From positions 1-43,206 of the IMG/VR virus record IMGVR_UViG_3300017700_000697: a DNA stretch of 43,206 nucleotides; one strand, 5' to 3'. The notes below the pieces were generated by a model. That model had not been told where the DNA came from. It ran no database searches and worked only from the letters and a program-made list of their open reading frames with translations. A program made the translations under genes and the position numbers. Positions 8,624-18,764 of the stretch are shown piece after piece (positions within the stretch are counted from its first letter, which is position 1; the number at the start of each line of letters is the position of its first letter). Origin of the DNA: a virus (lineage: Duplodnaviria > Caudoviricetes).

Positions 8624-9228
8624 TATTGACTCCCTGGTCCGGTGCTTGCCCCGCCGGCAACTACTCCAGAGTGTGTATGGAGTAGCCAATCTATGCCGCC
8701 GACTTTTAGGCTCCCAACGTCTGCGGCCCCGTCTACAGTTAAATCCTCTGTAACGTTTAAGTTTTTTTCAACGATTAAATCATTTTCGGCGGTTAAATCC
8801 ATGGATACTCTTAATGTTCCACTTATAGTTGTGTTCCCCGTAACCGAAACATTGCCGCCAACTTGCACGTTTTCCGTAACCTCCAAGTTCCCTTGAATGG
8901 TCACGTCACCCTCAAATTTATAGTCGCCTTTAAAAACGTATTGAAGGACAGGCTCGGCAACACCAACGATTCTCCCGTTGGTTTCTGATGCCGGGTAGAA
9001 CCTAGAAATCTTTTTGTCGTCCAAGTTGTTTCTAACTGTTTCGACTAGGACGACATCTCCTACCTGAGCTTTTATCCCACCGACCGCATTGACTTTTATT
9101 GTCGGATGATCAGTTCCGTCTATCTCGACAATCCTTGGATCAACGTCCCAGGTTCCGTCGCCATTATTTTTTATTACGTCACAGATGAAGGCGTCCGCAC
9201 CACCGACCATTTTACCAGGGTTACTCAT
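8623..9228 (-). CDS. Central baseplate spike (gpV/gp45-like)
   Basis: N-terminal OB-like (QVGDVVLV), V/G beta-helix repeats, C-terminal HTHSGV metal-binding apex. Confidence 0.9.
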   Translation of the reverse strand: MSNPGKMVGGADAFICDVIKNNGDGTWDVDPRIVEIDGTDHPTIKVNAVGGIKAQVGDVVLVETVRNNLDDKKISRFYPASETNGRIVGVAEPVLQYVFKGDYKFEGDVTIQGNLEVTENVQVGGNVSVTGNTTISGTLRVSMDLTAENDLIVEKNLNVTEDLTVDGAADVGSLKVGGIDWLLHTHSGVVAGGASTGPGSQ

Positions 9229-10394
9229 ACGCCTAACCCCGAATAAATTTTAGCTTCAAGGAAGTTATCGAGTTTCAAGTTCGACAACAACCAATTGTTT
9301 GTTCCCCTGAATTTGATTATGGTCTTTACCCTGGAATCCTCGTAAGTGTATTGGAGAACATAGAATTTGTAGCCTTTCACGGTTGTCGCACCTGCTGGGA
9401 TTGGAAAAGGGACTCTATTTAATTCTGCGAATTGTCCCGCCGTCCCCGTGTCATCGCATATTGTTACGTAATCGAAAAGCGTAGCATCAAACGCTTCCGA
9501 CTCGACATCGCATGAATAATAATTTTGTAAGGCGAACTGATTTAAGATCAAAGCACCTGGGACCTTCCCCGTAAAACACAATACTTCTGTTTGCACAGAC
9601 GACGCAGAGTTCGGAGTCAGTGACTTTATTGTAATCGTTTTTTCTGCCGAACTAAAATCAGACATTAAATTATTGTCATTGCAAACCTGATTGATAAGTT
9701 TCGCCGCCGGTTGCGGTGCGTAATATTTGGAAACTTTCGGAAGAAGCGTTTCGAGTGCTGGCAGTGCGTTAACTTTCAAATCAGAACCAGAGGCCAAATC
9801 TCTTAATTGGCCTATAAGCGGTTTTGTTTTATCGATGTTCGCTGCAAATTCCAGACGAACAACCATGGAATCGAAAGCGGCTCCATTGATCGTAAGGAAC
9901 GCGTTTGTTCGTCTTTCGTCATAATTAAAAGTCGTCGAGTAGACCATAAAGGTTCGTTTAATGGTGTCGGGGATTTTCGAATTTGAGTTCGGCTTTATAA
10001 CAAAGGCACCGGTCGGGAATTGAATTTCCGGGTCAAGAATCGCCGATGTCAAAGTATCGCTGAGGGTTTCGATGTTTTGGGAACTACCATATTGTTTGAT
10101 ATTCAAAAGAGTAACTAGCTTCTGCGGAGGGTTTACGATCTGACAAGTAAACTTTGTTTTAAGGGAATCCCCGTATTCCGCACCACCGTGAGAGTAAGAC
10201 ATTTTATAGTCTAGCGAGTAAACGTTTTTTGGATCGACCGGCAAGATTAATTTCCCTGGATTCTGTAAAATTCCGAGGGAGTTGGAAAGCGTTTGAATTT
10301 GCGGGATCGAATACTGTTCGTCTGACCTCGTATAGTCGCAAATGACAACGGGTTTCAGCGCAATCCCAGCCGATGGAGTATAGAAGATGAGCAT
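9225..10394 (-). CDS. Baseplate hub protein (gp27/gp44-like)
   Basis: ~389 aa directly upstream of spike; start at MLIFYTPS; synteny. Confidence 0.6.
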   Translation of the reverse strand: MLIFYTPSAGIALKPVVICDYTRSDEQYSIPQIQTLSNSLGILQNPGKLILPVDPKNVYSLDYKMSYSHGGAEYGDSLKTKFTCQIVNPPQKLVTLLNIKQYGSSQNIETLSDTLTSAILDPEIQFPTGAFVIKPNSNSKIPDTIKRTFMVYSTTFNYDERRTNAFLTINGAAFDSMVVRLEFAANIDKTKPLIGQLRDLASGSDLKVNALPALETLLPKVSKYYAPQPAAKLINQVCNDNNLMSDFSSAEKTITIKSLTPNSASSVQTEVLCFTGKVPGALILNQFALQNYYSCDVESEAFDATLFDYVTICDDTGTAGQFAELNRVPFPIPAGATTVKGYKFYVLQYTYEDSRVKTIIKFRGTNNWLLSNLKLDNFLEAKIYSGLGV

Positions 10395-10395
10395 C

Positions 10396-10716
10396 CTACG
10401 GATAGTCCACCTTGTAAAATTGCGTTCCTTCTGCCAATGGATCGGCATTGCAAAAACAGCCGGAAGAAAAATATCCACCCGTTAAATCGATCCCAGGGAT
10501 GACGGATACGTTCCCGACTTGGATCGCTTCGCCACTGGAAGCGTCATAGATTTGCGAGATTTGGAATGGTTCCCCTAGGATGTCGATTGTAATGATTCGG
10601 AAGCCCGCAAGTTCCCCCGCCACACAAAAAAATTGTTGAAGGGTTCCTTCTCCTGGTTCTGCAAATTCCAGGGTTGCTTCTACGATCGCACCTTCCAAGG
10701 GTAGAAAATTTGCCAT
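10396..10716 (-). CDS. Small baseplate protein
   Basis: Position and size in myovirus baseplate cluster. Confidence 0.5.
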   Translation of the reverse strand: MANFLPLEGAIVEATLEFAEPGEGTLQQFFCVAGELAGFRIITIDILGEPFQISQIYDASSGEAIQVGNVSVIPGIDLTGGYFSSGCFCNADPLAEGTQFYKVDYP

Positions 10717-11402
10717 TAGAGTAACGCTCCTATAGACGAACCGACACCAGGGCCAAGGAGTTCATTGGCGAGGTTTTTGGCAATATTCTTGTAGGTGATG
10801 GTTGTTGCATCTCGCTTCACGAGAACCTCTTTTAATGTGATGTTTGCAATCACGCCTCTCTCGGCTTCTCCTTTTTCGAAATACAAATCTTTGATATACC
10901 ATTGAGACGTAAGGAACGGGTTTCTCGTCGAAAAAGATCCAAGAGGCATAAAGAGATTGAGGGCAAGGATCGGCTGGAACCCATCCTTGATCGAGTTCAA
11001 TGTCTGGATTTGTGCGACTGCAAAGTTCGAAGAGATACCAGAAAGGTTTGGTATGACACCACCATACACAGCGTAGGTGTTGGCAAGGGTGGAAATCTGC
11101 TGCAAGGCTTGGGATACTTGTTTTATCAGGGTGCTATTGATGTTCGGAGTCTCGGAAATAACCATCTTGAATGTATATTCCCCAGCGTTCCTTGCGGATT
11201 TCAGGAATAAATCCCCCGATGATAACTGTAAACCAGGAAGAGTATTGGACGTATTCGCTCGTTCTTCCGTAGTCACCCCGACAACAAAGTTCGGAACCGG
11301 TGACTGAAATGATGGAAGGCCTACAATAATAGGAAGTCCTGTCAGACCTTGGGAAAGTCCTCCAAGCATAGACGAGGGATTGACTGCGAACGGTGCTGGC
11401 AT
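10716..11402 (-). CDS. Tail-tube initiator / baseplate protein
   Basis: Follows tape measure; C-terminal NITLKEV strand typical of tube-like initiators. Confidence 0.55.
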   Translation of the reverse strand: MPAPFAVNPSSMLGGLSQGLTGLPIIVGLPSFQSPVPNFVVGVTTEERANTSNTLPGLQLSSGDLFLKSARNAGEYTFKMVISETPNINSTLIKQVSQALQQISTLANTYAVYGGVIPNLSGISSNFAVAQIQTLNSIKDGFQPILALNLFMPLGSFSTRNPFLTSQWYIKDLYFEKGEAERGVIANITLKEVLVKRDATTITYKNIAKNLANELLGPGVGSSIGALL

Positions 11403-12568
11403 TATGGTGTTCCTATAGTTCCAGCCGCCCCAATTAACGGCATAACACTTCTTTCTTTCACTGCTCTTTCTAGTGCTGTCACCATCTTACTAAATCCATT
11501 GTTTAGACTTACGTCAATTCTATTCAAAGTTCCTGTGATCGCAAGCGCATTGTCAACGGCTCCTTCTTGCCCTACGATACCAGCAGCTCTACCACGTTGT
11601 TCTGTATCAAATCTAGTAACTGTTGATCTTGCGCCTGTTAAAGCTTTATCTTCTGTGTCTTGTTCTGATTTTTTAACAGTGCTTAAAAGGCCAGCTTGAA
11701 TTCCTTGTCGTAGGGTCGGAGGTAAACTCCCAAGTTGATCGGCAATCTTTTGTAGAAAAAATCCTTTGTCTGTCCCTAATGCTGCAAAGTTTCCAGAAGC
11801 AACTTGACCTGCTTGTGTTACGTCAACACCTCTACCATTTTGATCTTTATAAAGTTCTTTGATTGCGTCAGATAAAGGTTTTTGGACAGTTCCAAACTTG
11901 GCTCCTAAAGTTTCCGCCAACGCTCGTTGTGAATTAATATCTAAATCAACTCTGCCTGTGAAATTACTCCCACCTGACCCTTGGATAAGATTGCCAATCC
12001 TTGATTTTGATTCTGTTGTATCTAAGTTTATCCGTGCTGCGTTCTCTACGTTTGCTTTAAAGGATTCTGCGGCGGTAATAATTGCATCACCCGCCTCGGC
12101 TACAAGACCCAAGCCTGGTATTGCCCCAATTAAACCAGAGACTCCCCTGAGGGCGTTCCCCGCCGAAAGAGTCGCAAGGCTTTGTGCTGCATTTTTTGCG
12201 GCTTGGCTCACTTCCTTAAAAGAATCATTTGATTTCTTCTTTTCCGTTTCTTCTTTTTTATCTTCAGGTTTTGTGGTGGGTTGCTCTTTAGAAGGCTCCT
12301 CTTTCTTCTGAGACTTTTCCAAACCTTTGGTCAGCGCATCCTTTTGACCCTTCACAGCATCCAAGATACCTTTAAAAATCCCTTGGGCCTTGGTCTCTGC
12401 TTGCGGTGTCTGTTTTTGGCCTGGTGTTTGTGCAGTGTTCCCGGTTGCTGCGGTGATGGAAACATTTGCGGGACGTTCAAACCGTTCCTTTTGCTCCTGT
12501 ATCTTTTGCAGTTGGGAGAGAACCAGGTCGTCTCCTTTGACCCCTAGACTTAATACTTCTTCGATCAT
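11402..12568 (-). CDS. Tape measure protein (short, 388 aa)
   Basis: Ala/Gly/Gln-rich helical protein after the chaperone frameshift pair. Confidence 0.75.
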   Translation of the reverse strand: MIEEVLSLGVKGDDLVLSQLQKIQEQKERFERPANVSITAATGNTAQTPGQKQTPQAETKAQGIFKGILDAVKGQKDALTKGLEKSQKKEEPSKEQPTTKPEDKKEETEKKKSNDSFKEVSQAAKNAAQSLATLSAGNALRGVSGLIGAIPGLGLVAEAGDAIITAAESFKANVENAARINLDTTESKSRIGNLIQGSGGSNFTGRVDLDINSQRALAETLGAKFGTVQKPLSDAIKELYKDQNGRGVDVTQAGQVASGNFAALGTDKGFFLQKIADQLGSLPPTLRQGIQAGLLSTVKKSEQDTEDKALTGARSTVTRFDTEQRGRAAGIVGQEGAVDNALAITGTLNRIDVSLNNGFSKMVTALERAVKERSVMPLIGAAGTIGTP

Positions 12569-12749
12569 ATACGTCCTTGGCTCCTTAGATCACTAAACCT
12601 GGAATAAATTTTCCGTAAGGTTCTTATCCCACAATTCTCGGTTTCTGACAGTGTCATCACTTTCATGACGATAATGTCTTCGATGTAAATCCCTGCGCTT
12701 TGCGTTCTCCCGTCTTTGTCAACTAAATGATGAATGTCCGAAAAAAAAA
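12565..12749 (-). CDS. Tail assembly chaperone, frameshifted C-terminal extension (gpT-like)
   Basis: Open in the -1 frame relative to 12723-13223, entered at a T9 run. Confidence 0.7.
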
Positions 12750-13223
12750 CTTGTCGCAAACTCTGATCGCAAGGACGAGAGCATCGATTTTGATTGCACC
12801 GTCTTTTTTTACGTCTTTAATCAATACCCCATTTTCGAAAAAACATTCCTGTCTACAAACTTCCACGAACGCATCGAGAGAACTTTTGTCGAGTTCTGTG
12901 CAAATCTTGAAGGCGTTCTTCGGTTCCCTGATCTCGTAAATGTTCCCAGCATAATCGTATTTCACTCGGTCGTCTTCAAGTTCCAAAACTTCTACGTCAA
13001 GGCATACGGACATTTTCCTTTGAAGACGTGCAAGGCCAGCGACCACGCTTTTGAAAATAGTCATAAAATCTTGCTCTTCCTCGGTTGGAAGAAGCGCAAG
13101 AGCCTTTTCTAGATCCTCGCCAGTGAGCTTGGCTTCTAAAACTTCTCTAGTAAAATCGGGACCAAAGTGCTTTTCGTTAATCGCAGCCTTAGAAACCCGA
13201 ATAAGTTTATCAAAAACCTTCAT
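12723..13223 (-). CDS. Tail assembly chaperone (gpG-like)
   Basis: Between tube and tape measure; ends DKFFF on AAG TTT TTT TTT CGG. Confidence 0.75.
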   Translation of the reverse strand: MKVFDKLIRVSKAAINEKHFGPDFTREVLEAKLTGEDLEKALALLPTEEEQDFMTIFKSVVAGLARLQRKMSVCLDVEVLELEDDRVKYDYAGNIYEIREPKNAFKICTELDKSSLDAFVEVCRQECFFENGVLIKDVKKDGAIKIDALVLAIRVCDKFFFRTFII

Positions 13224-13693
13224 ACTGGAGTCCCGGCTGCGTTAAGGAGTTCGATTTTTGCATAGTGGATTGTGAACTTAATCACTGCGATGTCATTTGA
13301 CAAGGCCCTGATCGGATGATTCATCACTTTACAATCCAGGTGGTTTTGCGCTCTGATTTGACTCGCATCTTGGTCGTTTCTTTGATACGTAAAGTTGAAA
13401 TCGAAAAGAGGCTGTGGGTTTGCCATAGCCATTCGAATAAACTGATCCGTCAAAGGAGAGTCCAGAAGGGTTATGTCACGCTTACCGGACTTTGCAAAGA
13501 TGTCTATGTATTGGACGGTGTTCCCGTCGTTCGACATAAACGGCCTTGCTCTGTCTTTCGTCGGTTGCAATTCAGATAAAAACTCTTCCTCGTTCCAGAA
13601 CGTGTCCGACTGGATCGCAATCGGAGAAAACCCCGCTGATTTTGGTGTTATAATTGCGATCGCTGTCGCATAATTCATCGATGTTCCTGGCAT
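13220..13693 (-). CDS. Tail tube protein
   Basis: 157 aa beta-rich, directly after sheath; AAGGAG SD. Confidence 0.72.
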   Translation of the reverse strand: MPGTSMNYATAIAIITPKSAGFSPIAIQSDTFWNEEEFLSELQPTKDRARPFMSNDGNTVQYIDIFAKSGKRDITLLDSPLTDQFIRMAMANPQPLFDFNFTYQRNDQDASQIRAQNHLDCKVMNHPIRALSNDIAVIKFTIHYAKIELLNAAGTPV

Positions 13694-13720
13694 GACTTAT
13701 ATCTCCTTTAGTTCGTTAGC

Positions 13721-14914
13721 TTATGCGAAAGCGAAATTGATTGTAATGTAGTGAGCTGCTGCAAACCTACGGATTCTCGCACTGATAACACCGGCAGGCC
13801 ATACGCCTGTTTGTTGCCAAGTAGGAGAAAGAACCGTAACTTGTGCGGCGGTTTTTGCACTCACCGTAAAATCTGGGGAACCGTCTCCAGTGCTTAGGAT
13901 CAAATTCAGATCATAACACTCGTTAAGTCCTTGTCTTACGATCCCGAGTAACGTCTGGATACCAGCGTCATCGTTTGGAAGACCGGTCTGACCTGCGGCT
14001 TGGAGCGTGTTCGCAACCTTGTTGTAAATGTAATCGTTGATGTAGTATCCTGCAAGGATAGACTCGATCTGATCTGTCAAAGGAGGATTCACGTCATCGT
14101 TCATTTGCGTGTCATAAACGAATGTAGAATTTGCTCGGTCTTTCGCTCCGTTGTATTGTGCAAGGGAGTTGTTTGCGATCACGTTTCTCGAAGCAGTGGA
14201 ATAAGAATCCGCACTGATTAAAAGGAAATCATGCGCATCGGACAGGGAGCCCCATGAACGGGAGACCGCACCACCATTGATGCAAAAAGACATCCAAGCG
14301 AGGCCTATGTTGTCGTATGCGTAAACGGGAGAACCGCCAACGATTGCAACCTGGGACTGTGCGTTGGAAACGATAGTCTTGAACCCGGAGTCCTCATTGA
14401 TTGACCCCCCTAATACCAGTTCAGCCGGTAATTCTAGAAGGCCATCGGTTTCCTCTTTTGAGTAGGTATTGATGACAATCTTCTCGTAGGTAGTTGGTCC
14501 CCAAGCCTTGATCGTTTCAAGATCTGCGAAGTAATCAGCTTCGTCGGCTCCTGAGTTCCCGCCGCCTTGGTCACGGCTCACGTAAGTGATGAAACTCCAG
14601 GCTCTTGCGTCTCTGTTCGCTGCAATGAGTTCTTCCTCTGTTACCCCGTCCGGTGCGGAAAGGATGTAGACATAAGGGTAAAAATACACCTGACCGAATG
14701 TGACCCTAAGAGCATTTCGGAGACCGTATTTCGTTGGGTTGTCGGTGATAAAAGTCTCGTAGTCCGTGGAATTGATTCTGTAAAGTCCAGTCTGTGGATC
14801 AGGGGTAAAACCTGCCACAAGTTCCCGAGTCACGAGAAGCGGAATCCGAGGAAGTGGCCCAAGGGTTCCGGTGGTCGTGACGCTCGATATTGTTATAAAT
14901 TCTGGTGCGCTCAT
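13721..14914 (-). CDS. Tail sheath protein
   Basis: C-terminal LPNDDAGIQTL...AAHYITINF resembles DUF3383-type sheaths. Confidence 0.8.
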   Translation of the reverse strand: MSAPEFITISSVTTTGTLGPLPRIPLLVTRELVAGFTPDPQTGLYRINSTDYETFITDNPTKYGLRNALRVTFGQVYFYPYVYILSAPDGVTEEELIAANRDARAWSFITYVSRDQGGGNSGADEADYFADLETIKAWGPTTYEKIVINTYSKEETDGLLELPAELVLGGSINEDSGFKTIVSNAQSQVAIVGGSPVYAYDNIGLAWMSFCINGGAVSRSWGSLSDAHDFLLISADSYSTASRNVIANNSLAQYNGAKDRANSTFVYDTQMNDDVNPPLTDQIESILAGYYINDYIYNKVANTLQAAGQTGLPNDDAGIQTLLGIVRQGLNECYDLNLILSTGDGSPDFTVSAKTAAQVTVLSPTWQQTGVWPAGVISARIRRFAAAHYITINFAFA

Positions 14915-14915
14915 T

Positions 14916-15503
14916 TTATACCTCTATGTTTTCGTATGTAATCGCATTATCCAAGTCAGTCGATAACGTAGGATCTGGTTCTTCCAAATCTTGTCCGTAT
15001 CCGCATACTGCTCGCATTTTCAAAATCATGAAAGCCGATGGAACCGGTGATCCTGACTTCATTTCGAATTCGTAATGGAAACGAATCGGATCAAATATGT
15101 CCGCTAATGTAGTAACCTTCCCATCCTCGCTTGTAGTTTGCAAGAGATTTAATCTCCTGTTTGATAAACCGTTTTTTACAGCCTCGAAAGGTTTAAAAAA
15201 AACTGTATCGTTTACAAATTCGGAAGGCGGTGCCGTGAAAAATGACACTTGAAAATCCCATTCCGTAAGCATGCCAGCTTGATAGCTTGTCCACTGTTGT
15301 GCTTTCACGTTGGAAATATAGGTTTGAATGTATGGAAATCTATCGTATGCTCGACCCTTCCATTCAGGTTTCAATGTCGCTGGATCGATTCCATATTTAA
15401 TAACAGGACAAAAAATATCCTTACTGATTAAATAAGAATCAATTGCCTGGTTGATCGCATAATACCTTTGCATTAACGTGAGGCCAGAAGGTTGTGTTGT
15501 CAT
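14916..15503 (-). CDS. Tail terminator / neck protein
   Basis: Directly upstream of sheath; FPYI..Y and FQVSFF strands. Confidence 0.55.
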   Translation of the reverse strand: MTTQPSGLTLMQRYYAINQAIDSYLISKDIFCPVIKYGIDPATLKPEWKGRAYDRFPYIQTYISNVKAQQWTSYQAGMLTEWDFQVSFFTAPPSEFVNDTVFFKPFEAVKNGLSNRRLNLLQTTSEDGKVTTLADIFDPIRFHYEFEMKSGSPVPSAFMILKMRAVCGYGQDLEEPDPTLSTDLDNAITYENIEV

Positions 15504-15868
15504 TCGGACGCACTCCCGAGAGCTGGCAGGCTCGCATAAAAGATAGAAGCGTTTTCTGAAATCGTATAACTCATGACAACGTATTCGGTTCCGTCGGCTC
15601 GTCTAACTTTGTAAGGTGCTTTCGCAAGTTCCCCAACAATAGAAATACTGACACCATCATGAATCGTAATACCTTTATCTTGTAATCGTTTGATTTCGTT
15701 CGCTGTTAAGTCTACGACTCTTGCAAAAACACCCGGTGTTTCTACCTCGTTTGGAGAATATGATCCGTCACCGTTGTTGTCAAACGTCGGGTAAGTAACC
15801 AGTGTCACTTGTTCCCCTGCGTTCCGACCGACTGCGTAAGATAATAAGTCTCTTGTAAGATAACTCAT
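15500..15868 (-). CDS. Head closure (stopper) protein
   Basis: 122 aa beta-rich with DGTEYVV; second gene after capsid. Confidence 0.6.
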   Translation of the reverse strand: MSYLTRDLLSYAVGRNAGEQVTLVTYPTFDNNGDGSYSPNEVETPGVFARVVDLTANEIKRLQDKGITIHDGVSISIVGELAKAPYKVRRADGTEYVVMSYTISENASIFYASLPALGSASE

Positions 15869-16176
15869 CTAGGCATCCATGAAGCGGCTCGTCTCGCTGC
15901 CATTTTCCGTCTGTATCTTTCGGGATCTTGGGCAGAAAAAGCAGTCGAGACACCGTTTGACGAAATGCTCTGGATCTCTGGGAATTTTCCGTCGATTAGG
16001 AGCAAATGGCAAGCGGTGTCTAGAATCTGAGACGTGTAATCGTTCGGACTATAGTTTGTCGGAGAAACTTCCCTTGACGCTTTATTTAAATAAATAATCA
16101 GGTCGGTGTCTGGAACAGCAGGGTTCTGCAATTCCATTCTTAACTCGTCCAAATATAGTGCCGGATCAAACGCCAT
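15865..16176 (-). CDS. Head-tail adaptor protein
   Basis: MAFDPALYL start; TACHLL and IQSISSNGVSTAF are typical adaptor motifs. Confidence 0.75.
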   Translation of the reverse strand: MAFDPALYLDELRMELQNPAVPDTDLIIYLNKASREVSPTNYSPNDYTSQILDTACHLLLIDGKFPEIQSISSNGVSTAFSAQDPERYRRKMAARRAASWMPR

Positions 16177-16183
16177 TTTGGTG

Positions 16184-17710
16184 TTATGCCGCCTGAGAGA
16201 ATTCCATGATGAACGCCCCGCCGTAGTGCATGAACATTGGGCCACCGAACAAGTATTGTGCTCGGAAGTTCATGATCTGTGCAGATACGTTTTCAGAAAC
16301 GATCGTAGGAACTGCTGTCTGGCCTGGCATAATGACCGGCTTGTTCTCTTGTTGGCAACCTTGGGCAACTAATACCATGTAGTTGTAAGCGTTTGTTCCG
16401 CCGAAACCTGTGGAGGCTCCTGCGTTTAACAGAGACGAAGGAAGGATTTCAATGTTACCAATGATTTTCCCTTGAGTCGCTGTAAGAACCATCTCGTTCA
16501 ACTGCTTGTTAAAAGTCCCTTGACCACCACCTGTTTGAGTTCCAGGATACTGAACCGCAAGAGCATACCAGGAAGTCGGAACATAAAGTTTCCAAGACTT
16601 AGGTGTGAAATTGACGTTCTGTTGTGCTGGTAGGTTGAACAAACGAACGATGTCCTTATACATAAGCGACGGATCGACGCCAATGTCTAAAGGCCCGCTT
16701 GTAGAAGTCGGCTCATAGTAGAAGTTTTGGATCTTTTGGATCAGTTTCGTAGGGTTCGCATTCCAGTTCGCATAGTTTGCAACAACTGGTTGTGCTTGGT
16801 TCCAGCTTGCGAGTTGGAGTTGGATGTCAGGGGATAGAATCCCGTAAGTTCCGCCAACGCTAGGAATGTAATTTGCTCTTTGGTCTTGACCAAAAACGAA
16901 ATCGAGTTCCGCAAGTTTCATCACTTGCTTGATGGAAGCTCCGAAGTATCGGTTTTGAAGGATGAATCCAGCGAGTGCAGGGGAAACTGCTTTTTCATAT
17001 CCGAGGGCTTGGTCTCTTTGTGCTTGGGTGATTGAGAACACAGTGTCCAAAGTTTCCGCATCTTTAAACTCGTTAAAGAGTGAAATTTGAGTCCGGTTGT
17101 TGTCGTCGAGAATGTTGTTGTGAGGATTGATATCCCCGTTCATCCTTTTCGCTGAACCAGTTACTTGTTCGATCGGAGCACGGAAACGACTTTTGTCTAG
17201 ACCTGTTCCGCCTTCCGTTGGAACCGCAAAAGCGTCCCCAGATTCCAGAAAGGATTCCACGAAAGTTTGTTCCTCGTAAAGCTGCGCAGCGAGAAGGTTC
17301 AAGTTCCCGAAGTGGTCAAACACAGGGTTACCAGCCAAACTGTTCATAGCAGAATCCAAAGCAGCTTCGGGAGCCATACCAGAATTCTTTGCAATGATAC
17401 TCGCTACTCGGTGAGTTTCGCTCAAGTAATGAGAACCGATGTTTTCGATCACATTCAAAGATTCACGGCTACCATCGAACTCGTTTTTCAAAGCGTTGAA
17501 AGCCATACCATGGTTTGGGCTTGCAGGGTTTGCAAGAGCCATGGAAGTCTGAATCATTTTTTTCAAAACTGCACGAGCGTTTGCAGCGGATACGAATTCG
17601 TATTTTTCGCCTCGTTGACGGTTCTGTTCGGCAACCGCATTTGCGGAAACCATAAATTGCTCAGCTACTTGCGTCGCCGAGTTACCATTGATTTTTTTAA
17701 TACCTTTCAT
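16184..17710 (-). CDS. Major capsid protein with N-terminal prodomain
   Basis: 508 aa after protease and decoration genes; AAGGAG SD; HK97-like features (LDFVFG, PKSWKLYVPTSWY, FGGPMF). Confidence 0.8.
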   Translation of the reverse strand: MKGIKKINGNSATQVAEQFMVSANAVAEQNRQRGEKYEFVSAANARAVLKKMIQTSMALANPASPNHGMAFNALKNEFDGSRESLNVIENIGSHYLSETHRVASIIAKNSGMAPEAALDSAMNSLAGNPVFDHFGNLNLLAAQLYEEQTFVESFLESGDAFAVPTEGGTGLDKSRFRAPIEQVTGSAKRMNGDINPHNNILDDNNRTQISLFNEFKDAETLDTVFSITQAQRDQALGYEKAVSPALAGFILQNRYFGASIKQVMKLAELDFVFGQDQRANYIPSVGGTYGILSPDIQLQLASWNQAQPVVANYANWNANPTKLIQKIQNFYYEPTSTSGPLDIGVDPSLMYKDIVRLFNLPAQQNVNFTPKSWKLYVPTSWYALAVQYPGTQTGGGQGTFNKQLNEMVLTATQGKIIGNIEILPSSLLNAGASTGFGGTNAYNYMVLVAQGCQQENKPVIMPGQTAVPTIVSENVSAQIMNFRAQYLFGGPMFMHYGGAFIMEFSQAA

Positions 17711-17723
17711 TTAAGTGGTCTCC

Positions 17724-18266
17724 TTATGGCACGATTGGCGAAAGCATTTGGTAGAATAGACAACCGTCTTTCAACTGGTTGGACATCTCTCTGGCAGGAA
17801 TGGAATCGAAAACCGACCCTTGGAGAGCTAGGTTCCCTGATCCAGATACGGACGACAAACGACCTTGGATGTCAAGGTAAGCTGTTCCGATTCCTTGCGT
17901 TGGTTCGTTCGATGGATCAAAGTCGATCATGTAAACGTCCACAGCACTTCTGTTGACGACAACCGTGTCACCGTCTACAAATTGGTTAGGAACCGGAGCG
18001 ATTGCAGTGTTCCCGCCTGATTGAAGGGCTTCTTCTAACACACCCCAGCCGACGAGGATATGGTCTGCGATTGCGGTTCTTGCGACCACTGCATACATAT
18101 TGCCTTCTGCATCTTGCTGAAGGGAAACGATTCGATTGTTGGTAACGAATGCAACGCCCGCATCTTCTGGGATGATAAGCTCTACGCCTTGCATCCTTTT
18201 GATAGTTCGTTGATAAGTCCCAGTCTTTGGATTTGTTTGTCCGATTGCTTGGTTATTAACTGGCAT
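17724..18266 (-). CDS. Capsid decoration / cement protein
   Basis: 180 aa beta-rich between scaffold and capsid; AAGGAG SD. Confidence 0.6.
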   Translation of the reverse strand: MPVNNQAIGQTNPKTGTYQRTIKRMQGVELIIPEDAGVAFVTNNRIVSLQQDAEGNMYAVVARTAIADHILVGWGVLEEALQSGGNTAIAPVPNQFVDGDTVVVNRSAVDVYMIDFDPSNEPTQGIGTAYLDIQGRLSSVSGSGNLALQGSVFDSIPAREMSNQLKDGCLFYQMLSPIVP

Positions 18267-18278
18267 CTTTATGACTCC

Positions 18279-18764
18279 TTATAGTTTGTTTAGAAACTCG
18301 TCGAGAGTCCCTACGGTCTCTTTAGAGTTCTTCCCTTCCGGTGTGTCTTTATCGTCAGACGATCCAGAAGTGATTTCTTTTCGTTTTGCATTCAAAGCCG
18401 TGATGAGTTCGAAAGAATTCTTGGCTTCGACTCCGACCATTTTTCCGAGCTGTCTCAAAGTCGGTGCTTTTGGAAATTTGATTCCGAGGTGATCGGAAAA
18501 ATCTTTAAGCATCTCGTCCGATGGCAAAGCGTTCGCTGCTTCTGCGTCGTCTTTGTCCTCGTCGGCTGTGTTCTCCGCTTTTTCCTCAGACTTGGTTTCT
18601 TCCTTGTCTTCGTTTTTGGCTTTGTTCTCGGCTTCTTTTAAGGCTTCTTTTTCCTTTTTTTCGAGTTCGTTTTTTACCGCTTTGTTGATTGCGTCTTCTT
18701 TTGCGGCATCTTCTTCTCGAATCTCATTCATCGCTTTTCTGAGTTCGTCTTTGTCTACAGGCAT
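18279..18764 (-). CDS. Nested in-frame scaffold protein (MPVDKDEL..., 161 aa)
   Basis: GAGGA-7 nt-ATG inside the protease gene at the domain boundary. Confidence 0.55.
   Translation of the reverse strand: MPVDKDELRKAMNEIREEDAAKEDAINKAVKNELEKKEKEALKEAENKAKNEDKEETKSEEKAENTADEDKDDAEAANALPSDEMLKDFSDHLGIKFPKAPTLRQLGKMVGVEAKNSFELITALNAKRKEITSGSSDDKDTPEGKNSKETVGTLDEFLNKL

Noticed and set aside
17267-17956. Long plus-strand ORFs (e.g. 229 aa here, 18553-19035, 39331-39876, 11859-12311)
   Set aside because: Antisense shadows of well-supported minus-strand genes, with Ser/Phe-biased composition and no motifs
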